A DNA stretch of 49,029 bases from Flavisolibacter sp. (lineage in GTDB: Bacteria > Bacteroidota > Bacteroidia > Chitinophagales > Chitinophagaceae), in assembly GCA_051952715.1 (NCBI GenBank), contig JBQCJM010000228.1:1-49029 (forward strand), read 5' to 3'. The translations under genes were made by a program, and so were the position numbers. The notes under the pieces are model-generated. The model saw only the letters and a list, made by a program, of their open reading frames with translations. It made no database searches and had not been told where the DNA came from. Shown here one piece after another: positions 19,392 to 29,615 of this stretch (positions within the stretch are counted from its first letter, which is position 1; the number at the start of each line of letters is the position of its first letter).

Positions 19392-20270
19392 TTGAAGGTA
19401 GCCATTTATAGCAGGGTGCTCGATTCTACGCAGCAACAATACATACAGCTGTTTTTTGATGAACTTAGTAAGGAAGGCATTATTCCGATCATTTTTCAAC
19501 CCTTCTTTAATGAGATCAAGCCCCATTTGTCGCTACCCGAAAACACAGAAACTTTTTCAAATCATGCTGATTTAACGGATGAAATTGATTTTTTGATCAG
19601 CCTTGGTGGCGATGGAACCTTGTTAGACACCGTTACGTTGGTACGGGATAAAAATATTCCTGTTGTCGGCATTAACTTTGGCCGCCTTGGTTTTTTAGCA
19701 AGCATTGGCCGAGAGGAGCTGGTAGATGCAGTAAAGGCTTTGGCCCGGCGTTCATACATCATTGACAGAAGGACGCTGATTCATTTAGATTCCAATGTTC
19801 CTTTATTTAATGATGTACCGTATGCTTTAAATGAATTTGCCATTCACAAGCGGGATACATCGCCCATGGTAAAAATTCATACTTACCTGAATGGTGAATT
19901 GCTGAATACGTATTGGGCCGATGGATTGATACTGGCAACGCCAACCGGTTCTACCGGTTATTCGCTCAGCTGCGCCGGGCCTGTGGTTTTTCCCGATGCT
20001 TGTAGTTTGGTATTAACGCCAATTGCGCCACACAATTTAAATGTGCGTCCTATTGTTATTCCTGACAATACTATTATTTCTTTCGAAGTGGAAAGTCGTG
20101 CCGATGATATCATCTGCGCCCTGGATTCAAGAAGAGAGATTGTTGATAAAAATGTGTTGCTGGCGGTACGCAAAGAAAATTTTATGCTCAACCTGGTGCG
20201 GCTGAATGAAAATAATTTTTTACAAACGCTGCGTAATAAGCTTTCGTGGGGATTGGATAAGAGAAATTAG
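19392..20270 (+). CDS. nadK: NAD kinase
   Basis: GGDGT, GINFGRLGFL, NE, ADGLILATPTGSTGYSLS; likely TTG start at 19392. Confidence 0.93.
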   Translation: MKVAIYSRVLDSTQQQYIQLFFDELSKEGIIPIIFQPFFNEIKPHLSLPENTETFSNHADLTDEIDFLISLGGDGTLLDTVTLVRDKNIPVVGINFGRLGFLASIGREELVDAVKALARRSYIIDRRTLIHLDSNVPLFNDVPYALNEFAIHKRDTSPMVKIHTYLNGELLNTYWADGLILATPTGSTGYSLSCAGPVVFPDACSLVLTPIAPHNLNVRPIVIPDNTIISFEVESRADDIICALDSRREIVDKNVLLAVRKENFMLNLVRLNENNFLQTLRNKLSWGLDKRN

Positions 20271-20455
20271 TTTAATTCCATAAGCGTTACTTTGCTACCG
20301 GGTTGTGCTTTTTGAAATTACAAAGCGTTGAAGAGTGTGTACATAGATATTAGCACGCCAGCACATTATTAAATTAGCGCATTAATATTCTTGTCCATCA
20401 TACCAAACCGTCCTAATTTGCGTTAAAAACCGGGGTTAAACCTTATTTTGCAATT

Positions 20456-21295
20456 ATGAGAAAACTACTGGCCGTTGTTCTTTTTTCCTTGCCCTTGTCG
20501 GTTTTTGCACAAAACTCGGTAGTACAAGAAGGCGAATTTGGAGTAGGCATTGGCGCCGCCCATTACTTTGGTGATCTAAACACCCGTGCTCACCTCAACC
20601 GTCCCAAACTGGCTGCAGGTATTTTCTTTAGAAAAAATTTCGGTAATTATATTGCCCTTCGCGTAGCGGGCACTTTTGCGCAACTGGGCTATTCTGATGT
20701 TTATAATACGCACAATGAATTTATGCGCCGGCGCAATCTCAGTTTCAATACCAATATCTGGGAACTTGGCTTGCAAGGCGATTTCAATTTTTACAGGTTT
20801 ATGCCTGGCGACCCCGATTTCAGATTTACACCTTACATCACTTTCGGTGTCAGTGCTTTTAATTACGATCCTTATGCTTACCTGGGCGGTCAAAAATACA
20901 ACCTCCGTCAAATGGGCACCGAAGGACAGTATGACACAACTTATCACAGCAAGCCTTATGGCTCTATGGCATTTGCTATTCCGTTTGGTGTTGGTGTAAA
21001 ATATGCCATTAACGACAGGATCAATATTGGAATAGAAGCCGTTTATCGTTTCACAAATACCGATTACCTCGATGATGTAAGCAAAACTTATGTGGATGTT
21101 TCTTCTTTTCCACCTAATCCTGATGGCACGCCTAATCCTGCTTACCTGCTTTCTGACAGGTCCTATGAAACAGGTGACCGCATTGGCATTAAAGGAAGGC
21201 AAAGAGGCAACAGTCAGAATAAAGACCAGTTTGTTACGGCTATGTTTTATGTAAGCTTTAACCTGCAGGGCTATAAATGTCCCTCAGCCAATTAA
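20456..21295 (+). CDS. porG: Outer-membrane beta-barrel, PorG/DUF6089-like
   Basis: Signal peptide, YFGDLN, RNLSF, YRFTNTDYLDDVS; conserved position before uppS-bamA. Confidence 0.65.
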   Translation: MRKLLAVVLFSLPLSVFAQNSVVQEGEFGVGIGAAHYFGDLNTRAHLNRPKLAAGIFFRKNFGNYIALRVAGTFAQLGYSDVYNTHNEFMRRRNLSFNTNIWELGLQGDFNFYRFMPGDPDFRFTPYITFGVSAFNYDPYAYLGGQKYNLRQMGTEGQYDTTYHSKPYGSMAFAIPFGVGVKYAINDRINIGIEAVYRFTNTDYLDDVSKTYVDVSSFPPNPDGTPNPAYLLSDRSYETGDRIGIKGRQRGNSQNKDQFVTAMFYVSFNLQGYKCPSAN

Positions 21296-21337
21296 GGCCA
21301 TAAATGACCGGCATTGCTTGCCCCGATGTAAAAAATT

Positions 21338-21366
21338 AGCACAGGTTCCTGTGCTTTTATTTTTTT
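21338..21366 (+). terminator. Intrinsic terminator
   Basis: AGCACAGG-TT-CCTGTGCT followed by a T-rich tail. Confidence 0.6.
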
Positions 21367-21387
21367 AGAGCTTCCATTTTCCGTAAT

Positions 21388-21395
21388 TACTTTTG
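21388..21395 (+). promoter_or_regulatory. Housekeeping -7 element for uppS
   Basis: TACTTTTG. Confidence 0.5.
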
Positions 21396-21449
21396 CAATC
21401 TGATATTGCGGTCTTGTGAACCTTGTAAACTCCTGAACCTATAACAAAC

Positions 21450-22202
21450 ATGTCAGAACTTTTAAAGCAAATAGATAAAACCCGTCTTCCCCGGCACATC
21501 GCCATTATTATGGATGGTAATGGCCGGTGGGCTAAAGAGCAGGGACAGGACCGTTTGTTTGGTCACTATCATGGTGTGGAAAGTGTTCGCAACATTGTTG
21601 AAGGTTGCGCCGAATTGGGAATTGAATACCTGACATTGTACGCTTTTTCTACTGAAAATTGGGATCGTCCGCAATACGAAGTGGTTGGCCTTATGGAACT
21701 TTTAGTTACTACCATTCGTAATGAAGTGGAAAGCCTGAACAAGAATAACATTCGGCTCCATGTAATTGGAGACATGAATATGCTGCCCGAATATGCACGT
21801 AAAGAGCTGAACGAAGCCCTCGACATTACAAAAAAGAATACGGGCCTGAACTTGGTTATGGCCCTCAGCTACAGCGGCAGATGGGAGTTGTTGAACGCCG
21901 TAAAAAATATTGCCTGGGAAGTTAAAAGCGGCAAACTGAGTGTAGAAGCAATAGACCAGGATACGCTGCAACAATACCTTTGTACCAGCGCCTTTCCTGA
22001 TCCTGAATTAATGATACGCACCAGTGGAGAGTATCGTATCAGTAATTTTCTTTTGTATCAATTGGCTTACGCCGAACTCTATTTTACCAACGTTCGCTGG
22101 CCCGATTTCAGAAAAGAAAACCTATACGAAGCCTTGCTTGATTATCAAAACAGGGAGCGCAGGTTTGGAAAGACGAGTGAGCAAGTGGTTCATGGCCAAT
22201 AA
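21450..22202 (+). CDS. uppS: Undecaprenyl diphosphate synthase (isoprenyl transferase)
   Basis: HIAIIMDGNGRWA, YAFSTENW.RP, IRTSGEYRISNFLL. Confidence 0.95.
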   Translation: MSELLKQIDKTRLPRHIAIIMDGNGRWAKEQGQDRLFGHYHGVESVRNIVEGCAELGIEYLTLYAFSTENWDRPQYEVVGLMELLVTTIRNEVESLNKNNIRLHVIGDMNMLPEYARKELNEALDITKKNTGLNLVMALSYSGRWELLNAVKNIAWEVKSGKLSVEAIDQDTLQQYLCTSAFPDPELMIRTSGEYRISNFLLYQLAYAELYFTNVRWPDFRKENLYEALLDYQNRERRFGKTSEQVVHGQ

Positions 22203-22313
22203 GTCATGGTTCATAGTAGTCGAAGTTTTTTCTGTTTCAAAACAATAACTACATAAAAAGTAAATAGTTATTCCAAAGCCCTTCCATAGGCTGTAAACTA
22301 TGAGCTATCAACC
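22187..22313. repeat. Inverted heptamer arrays between uppS and bamA
   Basis: Left TCATGGC CAATAAG TCATGGT TCATAGT (22190-22217); right CCATAGG CTGTAAA CTATGAG CTATCAA (22284-22311). Confidence 0.5.
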
Positions 22314-22402
22314 TTCTCTTTTAACAAAACCGATTGAAATTTACCGTTAATTTGCCAGCCAAACTGCGATTCGCTAATTGCATTACCGACTGAACTTTTT
22401 AT

Positions 22403-25132
22403 ATGCAACGATATTTATCCGGAATTTTCTCTTTGTGTTTTTGCGCTTTATTAGCCTCAACATCACATGCTCAGGACACATCAAAAATTACTTCAGTTGA
22501 TCCCGATCTTTTGGCTTTGCAAAATGCAAGGGTGCCTAAAGAATACATTGTAAATTCAGTTCAGGTAACAGGACTCACCACTCTCGATACGGCTATCGTT
22601 TTGTCTATTTCCGGCATACAAAAAGGCGATAAGGTAATGTTGCCAGGCGGCGACGTTTTTTCGAAAGCCATTGCCAACCTTTGGCGTCAGCGCTTTTTCA
22701 GCAATGTACAGATTTTCATTACAGCAGTTCACGATGACAAAATTGATCTGGAGATTAACGTACAGGAAAGACCGAAACTTGGTAATTTCAAATTCATCGG
22801 TATTAAAAAGTCGGAAGCAGAGGAATTACAGGGAAAAGCAGGATTAGTGAAACAAACTATCATTACAGAGAATACCAAACGCAATGCCATTGAAGTAATA
22901 AAAAAATATTACGCGGAAAAAGGGTTTATGAATGTGCAGGTGCGCATTGAGGAAAAACCTGATCCTGCATTTACCAATTCCAATTCACTCATTTTTTATG
23001 TTGATAAAAACAACAAGGTAAAAGTGAACGAGATCAATTTCTTTGGAAACGAAACGGTAAGCGATCTTCAATTAAAAAAACAATTGAAAGGCACCAAAGA
23101 AAGAACGAAGTTCACTTTAAATCCAACCAAAACACCAAGTCCTTTTGGTGAAAATAAATCACTAACCTTTGGCGAGTATGTAAAGGATTATGGTTTTCTT
23201 TCTTTGTCAAAAACAAAAGCTTTATTAGACCCTTACTTCCGGTTTAAATTATTTAGCAGTGCCAAATTTGACAGAAAGAAATTTGAAGAAGACCTTCAAA
23301 GCGTACTTGATTATTATAATTCTTTAGGTTACCGCGATGCACAAATTGTAGATACAGCTTTGTACTACAATAAAAGCGGCAACCTGCAGGTTGACATTAA
23401 AGTGAACGAAGGCGATAAATATTATTTTGGAGACATTGCCTGGAAGGGTAATACCAAATACTCCGATTCGTTACTGACAGCCTTCCTTGGCATTCATAAA
23501 GGCGATACGTACAATATTGACATTTTAAACAAGCGCCTCGGCAAACAATTAAGCGCTGAAGGCGGCGATATTGGAAGCCTGTACCAGGATGATGGTTATT
23601 TATTCTTCCGTGCCGATCCCGTTGAAACATCGGTGTATAACGATACGATTGACTACGAGATACGCATTGTGGAAGGCCCGCAGGCACGTTATAAAAACAT
23701 TACCATCAGTGGTAACGAAAAAACAAAGGACTATGTGATTCGCCGTGAGTTAACAACCTTGCCAGGCGAATTGTTTAGCCGCTCTGATTTGATCCGTTCC
23801 CAAAGACAACTGGTTAACCTTCAATATTTCAACCAGGAAAAGGTAAATCCCAACGTGGTGCCCAACCAGGATGATGGAACCGTTGATATTAACTGGGAGC
23901 TGGAAGAAAAATCTTCCGACCAGTTGGAGCTTTCTGCAGGTTGGGGCGGCGGCGTTGGACTAACAGGAACGCTTGGTGTAACGTTCAATAATTTTTCGAT
24001 CAAAAATATTTTTAAGAAAGAGGCATGGGATCCATTGCCGCAAGGTGACGGACAGAAATTGAGTTTGCGTTACCAGTCTAATGGTCGTGCTTACAATTCC
24101 TATAACTTTTCATTTACCGAACCATGGCTGGGTGGTAAGAAACCAAATTCGTTGACTTTTGCTTTATACAAGAGTAAGTTTTCCAACGCTTATGATTATC
24201 TAACCGGCCAGTTCGACAAAGCAAGATCAGATACCAATTATTTGAAAACATTTGGTGCTTCCGTTTCATTGGGTAAGCGATTGAAATGGCCCGATGACTT
24301 TTTTAGTCTTGTGTATTCGTTGAATTACACGAATTATAGTATGCGCAACTATCCTATCTTTTCAGGTTTTGATAATGGCACATCCAGCAACTTCAGCTTA
24401 AAAATTGCTTTACAGCGTTCCACTATATACGATCCTACTTTTCCACGCAGTGGTTCTAATTTCGTGGCCAGTGTACAGTTAACGCCACCTTATTCGTTAT
24501 TAAATCCTAACCTGATTAGTAAATCAAATCCTTACGAACATCCTGAGTATCATAAATGGCGTTTCACATCTGAGTGGTATGTGCCTATTGGTAAACCTAC
24601 AGGCGCCGATAAAACACGACAGTTTGTATTGAAGCTATCGGCCAAGTATGGATTTATTGGCCGCTACAACAACAAGCTTGAGGTGTCTCCATTTGAACGC
24701 TTTCAGTTGGGTGGAGATGGTTTAACCAACAGCTACGGGCTATTGGGTTACGATGTGATTTCTTTGCGGGGCTACCCGGTATTCGAAAGCTCTGATCCAT
24801 CTATCAACAACCCGGATCAAACCAGCACCAACAGGTTCTTTACTATTTTCAATAAATATTCATTGGAATTGCGCTATCCTTTAGTTACCAATCCCGGAAG
24901 TACCATCTATGGTTTAACCTTCTTTGATGCGGCTAACGGTTGGTATTCTTTTAAAGATTACAATCCGTTCCGCTTGCGTCGTAGCGTTGGTGTGGGTATG
25001 CGTTTCTTCCTGCCTATGTTTGGTCTGCTTGGGTTTGATTATGGTGTGGGTTTAGATCGTTTGCAACCCGGCCAGAACAGATTTAAGAATGCAACGAAGT
25101 TCACCTTCATGCTTGGATACGAACCGGAATAA
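22403..25132 (+). CDS. bamA: Outer membrane protein assembly factor BamA
   Basis: POTRA repeats (YNSLGYRDA, GNEKTKDYVIRREL), FTEPWLGG, LRGY, GVGMRFFLPMFGLLGFDYG. Confidence 0.95.
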   Translation: MQRYLSGIFSLCFCALLASTSHAQDTSKITSVDPDLLALQNARVPKEYIVNSVQVTGLTTLDTAIVLSISGIQKGDKVMLPGGDVFSKAIANLWRQRFFSNVQIFITAVHDDKIDLEINVQERPKLGNFKFIGIKKSEAEELQGKAGLVKQTIITENTKRNAIEVIKKYYAEKGFMNVQVRIEEKPDPAFTNSNSLIFYVDKNNKVKVNEINFFGNETVSDLQLKKQLKGTKERTKFTLNPTKTPSPFGENKSLTFGEYVKDYGFLSLSKTKALLDPYFRFKLFSSAKFDRKKFEEDLQSVLDYYNSLGYRDAQIVDTALYYNKSGNLQVDIKVNEGDKYYFGDIAWKGNTKYSDSLLTAFLGIHKGDTYNIDILNKRLGKQLSAEGGDIGSLYQDDGYLFFRADPVETSVYNDTIDYEIRIVEGPQARYKNITISGNEKTKDYVIRRELTTLPGELFSRSDLIRSQRQLVNLQYFNQEKVNPNVVPNQDDGTVDINWELEEKSSDQLELSAGWGGGVGLTGTLGVTFNNFSIKNIFKKEAWDPLPQGDGQKLSLRYQSNGRAYNSYNFSFTEPWLGGKKPNSLTFALYKSKFSNAYDYLTGQFDKARSDTNYLKTFGASVSLGKRLKWPDDFFSLVYSLNYTNYSMRNYPIFSGFDNGTSSNFSLKIALQRSTIYDPTFPRSGSNFVASVQLTPPYSLLNPNLISKSNPYEHPEYHKWRFTSEWYVPIGKPTGADKTRQFVLKLSAKYGFIGRYNNKLEVSPFERFQLGGDGLTNSYGLLGYDVISLRGYPVFESSDPSINNPDQTSTNRFFTIFNKYSLELRYPLVTNPGSTIYGLTFFDAANGWYSFKDYNPFRLRRSVGVGMRFFLPMFGLLGFDYGVGLDRLQPGQNRFKNATKFTFMLGYEPE

Positions 25133-25219
25133 AGTCACAGACAAAAGAATGACAGTATAGATTAACGAAATGATTTCATAGATTTTGCTATCTTGATTTC
25201 AGGGATAAAATCAAACAAC

Positions 25220-25732
25220 ATGAAAAAACTTTTTTTGCTTGTAGCATGTAGTTTTCTTTTTGTGGCTTTTTCACAGGCCCAACGCTATGCTGTTATAGAT
25301 ACCAAGTATATACTGGATAAAATGCCTGAATATAAAACTGCGCAAAAACAATTGGACGATGTGGCTGCTGGCTGGCAAAAAGAAATTGATGCCATGCAGC
25401 AGGAACTAGATAAAATGTATAAAGATTTTGATGCAGAACAGGTAATGCTAAGCGATGAGTTGAAAAAGAAAAGAGAAGACCAGCTTTTTGTAAAAGAAAA
25501 AACTTTGAGGGATTTGCAACATCAGCGTTTTGGCTTTGAAGGCGACTTGTTTAAGAAGAGGCAGGAACTGATAAAACCCGTACAGGACAAAGTTTATAAC
25601 GCTGTGCAAAAATTAGCGGTGCAAAGAGGTTACGATTTTATACTCGATAAAAGTGAAGGAATTACGGTTATATTTGCCGACCCCAAATTGGAAAAAAGCG
25701 ACGACGTTTTAAAAGAGTTGGGCGTGAAATAA
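25220..25732 (+). CDS. ompH: OmpH/Skp family periplasmic chaperone
   Basis: Signal peptide, IDTKYILDKMPEY, GYDFILDK. Confidence 0.9.
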   Translation: MKKLFLLVACSFLFVAFSQAQRYAVIDTKYILDKMPEYKTAQKQLDDVAAGWQKEIDAMQQELDKMYKDFDAEQVMLSDELKKKREDQLFVKEKTLRDLQHQRFGFEGDLFKKRQELIKPVQDKVYNAVQKLAVQRGYDFILDKSEGITVIFADPKLEKSDDVLKELGVK

Positions 25733-25812
25733 AAATATTTTGTAAAAACACCTTTCATATACAACCATAACAATTAAAAACGAATCATAACTAAACATCA
25801 CAAAACAATCTC

Positions 25813-26367
25813 ATGAACAAGATCAAATTTTTTTTAGTTGCAGCAGTTATTTTGGTAATGGCAGGTAGTGCTGCGGCGCAAAAAACAGGTTACATCAGGG
25901 TAGATGACGTAGTACGTTTAATGCCTGAAACAGCAAAGCTTCAAACCGTTATTGAGGCTTATCAAAAAGATTCTTTACAGCCTCGTTTCAATTATACATT
26001 ATCAGAATTTCAGCGCAAAGACAGCATTGTTAACGGTAAAGATTCTTTAAAAACACCAGCCGCAGCCCGTGCTAAAATGCGTGAAGAAATGCAACAGGAT
26101 ATGTATGAGTTGCAAAACTGGCAGCAAATTTCTCAGCAATTGACTCAAAACAAACAAGACCAATTGTTAGAGCCTATTTATTCAAAAGCCATTGAAGCCA
26201 TTCAAACGGTAGCTAAAGAAAACGGTTATGCTTATGTGTACACAAAAGATGCTTTATTAGTAGCGCCACCTGCAGACGATCTTTTACCTTTGGTTGCTAA
26301 AAAATTGAACCTGACCATTCCGGGAGCACCTAAATCAAGTGCATCAACGCCAGCCAAAAAGCAGTAA
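25813..26367 (+). CDS. ompH: OmpH/Skp family periplasmic chaperone (second paralog)
   Basis: QKTGYI, MPE, AIQTVAKENGY.YV. Confidence 0.85.
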   Translation: MNKIKFFLVAAVILVMAGSAAAQKTGYIRVDDVVRLMPETAKLQTVIEAYQKDSLQPRFNYTLSEFQRKDSIVNGKDSLKTPAAARAKMREEMQQDMYELQNWQQISQQLTQNKQDQLLEPIYSKAIEAIQTVAKENGYAYVYTKDALLVAPPADDLLPLVAKKLNLTIPGAPKSSASTPAKKQ

Positions 26368-26388
26368 TTTTTTGTTCTATAAATTTGT

Positions 26389-26418
26389 ATCCCGCTTTCA
26401 AAAGAAGCGGGATTTTTT
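26389..26418 (+). terminator. Intrinsic terminator
   Basis: ATCCCGCTT-N7-AAGCGGGAT followed by TTTTT. Confidence 0.75.
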
Positions 26419-26482
26419 ATTATGGATTTCGCAGGTTGAATTTCTTTCACTGTCTTTTCCTTTGCTTTGTCATTTCGTTCCT

Positions 26483-26517
26483 TCTGTTATCTGGCATCTA
26501 TCAGCCATCATCTATCT
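26483..26517. repeat. Degenerate heptamer tandem array
   Basis: TCTGTTA TCTGGCA TCTATCA GCCATCA TCTATCT. Confidence 0.55.
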
Positions 26518-26537
26518 TCGCACTCTAACATATCCTT

Positions 26538-27353
26538 ATGGGTCCAATAGGTGTTTTTGATTCGGGTTATGGCGGGCTAACGGTGTTGCGTGAGCTTGTA
26601 AAAGCTTTGCCCCAGTACGATTATTTGTATTTAGGCGACAATGCCCGTTCGCCTTACGGAACCAGAAGTTTCGAAACGGTATACCGCTATACTTTGCAGT
26701 GTGTGGAGTGGCTGCTCCACCAAAATTGCCCTTTGATCATTTTGGCTTGCAATACCGCTTCGGCCAAGGCCCTAAGAACCATTCAGCAGAAAGATCTGCA
26801 GCGGCTAAATCCTGAAGCAAGAATACTGGGTGTCATTCGTCCCACTACAGAAATTATCGGGCAACATACTAAAACCAACAGCATTGGTATCTTGGCTACT
26901 AACGGCACAGTGCAATCACGATCGTATTTAATAGAGATTGAAAAGTTTTTCCCCGGTGTAAAAGTTGAACAGGAAGCCTGCAATATGTGGGTGCCGCTGG
27001 TGGAGAATAACGAACACACCGGTGAAGGCGCTGATTATTTTGTTGAGAAGCATATCAATAATATTCTTTCGAAGAACAAAGACATTGATACTTTGCTTTT
27101 AGCTTGTACGCATTATCCTTTGTTGAGGAATAAAATTGAAAAGCATTTGCCACCGCATGTAAAACTGTTGTCGCAAGGCGAGATCGTCGCTGACAGCCTG
27201 AAAGATTATTTACACCGTCACCAGGAAATTGAAAAAAATATTTTAAGGCAAAGCAAAAGAAAATTTTATACTACTGATTCGCCGGAAGATTTTGACAATA
27301 AGGCTACCGTGTTTTTTGGAGAAAGGGTAGAAGCGAAGCATCTGGATTTGTAA
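26538..27353 (+). CDS. murI: Glutamate racemase
   Basis: FDSGYGG, PYG, ACNTAS, ACTHYP. Confidence 0.95.
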   Translation: MGPIGVFDSGYGGLTVLRELVKALPQYDYLYLGDNARSPYGTRSFETVYRYTLQCVEWLLHQNCPLIILACNTASAKALRTIQQKDLQRLNPEARILGVIRPTTEIIGQHTKTNSIGILATNGTVQSRSYLIEIEKFFPGVKVEQEACNMWVPLVENNEHTGEGADYFVEKHINNILSKNKDIDTLLLACTHYPLLRNKIEKHLPPHVKLLSQGEIVADSLKDYLHRHQEIEKNILRQSKRKFYTTDSPEDFDNKATVFFGERVEAKHLDL

Positions 27354-27546
27354 AGTGGCTGCAATCCGAGTTAATGCTGTTTATTTATCGACACGCAACT
27401 CTATGGCGCATGTTTAACTTTCTTAGTCGGATTGTGATAAGGCCTGTGTTCATAATATCTGATATCAAATCATCCACAACCGCTCATTTTAACAGCTTTC
27501 TCCCAAAAAAATTGCATCTTACTTCTAAAATCTCACCTCACATCCC

Positions 27547-27554
27547 TACCTTTG
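27547..27554 (+). promoter_or_regulatory. Housekeeping -7 element for rpmH
   Basis: TACCTTTG. Confidence 0.6.
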
Positions 27555-27670
27555 CCGTCCTTTCACAAAACCAACGGGTGTGGTGACCTGTGGGTATTCC
27601 GATAGTTATCGGTAGAAACCAGTTCCGTTCTCCCGGAACCATTTCGTAAACGTGAAAAAAACTGATTAAA

Positions 27671-27826
27671 ATGAAACGTACATTTCAACCGCATCGCCGC
27701 CGCCGTAAAACGGTTCATGGTTTTCGCAAACGTATGCAAACCGTTAATGGAAGAAAAGTGTTGGCAAGCCGCCGTGCTAAAGGCCGTCATAAACTGACCG
27801 TTAGCGACGAAAGAAAATTGAAATAA
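27671..27826 (+). CDS. rpmH: 50S ribosomal protein L34
   Basis: Below the ORF-track cutoff; 51 aa [51 protein letters not shown]. Confidence 0.97.
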   Translation: MKRTFQPHRRRRKTVHGFRKRMQTVNGRKVLASRRAKGRHKLTVSDERKLK

Positions 27827-27894
27827 GAACGGGCACCTAAATCCTCCTATGGAGGACTTTGCTGCAGCACCGGGTCCGCTTATTTGACGATACT

Positions 27895-27929
27895 AAAAAC
27901 TCTCAACCTTCTTACGTTGAGAGTTTTTT
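27895..27929 (+). terminator. Intrinsic terminator between rpmH and rnpA
   Basis: AAAAACTCTCAAC-N8-GTTGAGAGTTTTT. Confidence 0.75.
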
Positions 27930-27994
27930 ATTTTGCAATAAAGAATGGTCGAATTGCGGTGGAAACGCTTCTTTAGAGGATCAGGACAATAATT

Positions 27995-28405
27995 ATGACA
28001 AAGCCTTTTAGTTTAGGGAAAAAGGAAAAGCTGAAAAGCCGCAAGCAAATAGAGACCCTGTTTGCTAGTGGAAAGAGTTTTGCTGTGTTTCCTATACGGG
28101 TTACTTATATTTTTTCGGCGGCCGATGGCGGCCAGCCTTTGATGCAAGCAGGTGTAACAGCGAGTAAACGCTATTTCAAAAAAGCGGTAGACCGCAATCG
28201 CATCAAACGGCTGCTGCGGGAAGCTTATCGCCTTCAAAAAACAGAACTGGCAGAGGCTTTGAAGCAAACTAATACAAAGGCTTACCTGTTCTTTATGTAT
28301 ACAGATAAAACCATTGCTTCTTTTGACGTGGTAAAAATCGCCATGAATCATTGTTTAAAACGCTTGCAGCAAAAATTGCCTCCAGCAAATGAAATCCTTA
28401 CTTAA
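27995..28405 (+). CDS. rnpA: Ribonuclease P protein component
   Basis: [29 protein letters not shown] (RNR motif). Confidence 0.93.
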   Translation: MTKPFSLGKKEKLKSRKQIETLFASGKSFAVFPIRVTYIFSAADGGQPLMQAGVTASKRYFKKAVDRNRIKRLLREAYRLQKTELAEALKQTNTKAYLFFMYTDKTIASFDVVKIAMNHCLKRLQQKLPPANEILT

Positions 28406-28619
28406 AATATTATCGCTTCCTTTTATTGCCCTCATAAAAATTTACCAGTGGGTGATTTCGCCCTGGTTGGGGCCGAAGTGCCGCTTTACACCAACCTGTT
28501 CGCATTATGCCATTGAAGCCTTTGAGAAGCACGGTGTGTTTAAAGGTTTTTGGCTTACCATCAGGCGCATCGGCCGCTGTCATCCCTGGGGCGGCAGCGG
28601 GTATGATCCGGTACCATGA
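28389..28619 (+). CDS. yidD: Membrane protein insertion efficiency factor YidD
   Basis: [29 protein letters not shown]. Confidence 0.95.
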   Translation: MKSLLKILSLPFIALIKIYQWVISPWLGPKCRFTPTCSHYAIEAFEKHGVFKGFWLTIRRIGRCHPWGGSGYDPVP

Positions 28620-28648
28620 AAAAACCTTAATCTTAAATTACAAGCACC

Positions 28649-28673
28649 AAAAAACCGCCTTTAAAGACGGTTT
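28649..28673 (-). terminator. Intrinsic terminator for sodA
   Basis: AAACCGTCT-TTAA-AGGCGGTTT-TTT on the minus strand. Confidence 0.65.
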
Positions 28674-28699
28674 ATAATTTAGCGATTCAGTTTTAGAAT

Positions 28700-29308
28700 T
28701 TATTTTATTGCATTCTCATAATGCTCACTTACCTTATTCCAGTTAATCACATTCCACACAGCTTTCAGGTAATCGGGGCGTTTGTTTTGATACTTCAAAT
28801 AGTACGCATGTTCCCACACATCAATTCCTAAAATTGGTGTTCCTTTTACTTCGGCCACGTCCATTAGCGGATTGTCCTGATTCGGGGTTGAAGTTACTTC
28901 CAACTTGCCGTCCTTTACAATGAGCCAGGCCCAGCCGCTTCCAAAGCGTGTAGCACCTGCAGTATTTAATTTTTCTTTTAAGGCGTCTAAAGAACCAAAG
29001 GTCTGGTTGATGGCATCGGCCAACTTTCCAGTAGGTTCTCCACCTGCGTTAGGTGTTAGGATTTCCCAGAAAAAGCTGTGGTTCCAATGCCCACCGCCGT
29101 TGTTGCGAACAGCAGGAGAAATACTGCCTGCGTTTCGCACCAGTTCATCCAGGTTTTTGTTTTCGTTGGGTGTACCGGTAATAGCCTTGTTTAAATTATC
29201 TACATAAGCCTGGTGATGCTTATCATGGTGAATTTGCATGGTTTGCGCATCAATATGAGGTTCTAATGCATCGAATGCATACGGTAAAGGGGGAAGTGTA
29301 AAAGCCAT
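28700..29308 (-). CDS. sodA: Superoxide dismutase, Mn/Fe family (Mn-type signature)
   Basis: [28 protein letters not shown]. Confidence 0.95.
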   Translation of the reverse strand: MAFTLPPLPYAFDALEPHIDAQTMQIHHDKHHQAYVDNLNKAITGTPNENKNLDELVRNAGSISPAVRNNGGGHWNHSFFWEILTPNAGGEPTGKLADAINQTFGSLDALKEKLNTAGATRFGSGWAWLIVKDGKLEVTSTPNQDNPLMDVAEVKGTPILGIDVWEHAYYLKYQNKRPDYLKAVWNVINWNKVSEHYENAIK

Positions 29309-29365
29309 AACTTTTGATTTTAAATTTTTCGAATTTAGATTTTTCTATCGTTTCCTTAGAAGTCA

Positions 29366-29373
29366 CAAATTTA
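29366..29373 (-). promoter_or_regulatory. Housekeeping -7 element for sodA
   Basis: TAAATTTG on the minus strand. Confidence 0.5.
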
Positions 29374-29615
29374 TTAAGGATAAGTGGATTCAGATGCTTG
29401 TAAAATAATTCTTTCTTATTTCGAAAGCCTTTTAGGATATGCGTTTTTGCGGTGTTCTTTTCCGTTAGATAAATTATTTTTTCATAGTTTGCTCATAATT
29501 GCTGTTTTATGCGTAATTTTTTGCAAGATTCTGCGATTGTGTTCGTTCCCCCGAAAACCAAGTTTTTAAAACAAGCCCAGGAAACCAAACCATAACCAAT
29601 AAATATTTTTGCTGT

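Noticed and set aside
25164-26479. 10-bp inverted match AACGAAATGA/TCATTTCGTT around the two ompH genes
   Set aside because: Short, AT-rich and not extendable. The ompH pair is a core part of the bamA cluster, so chance is likely.
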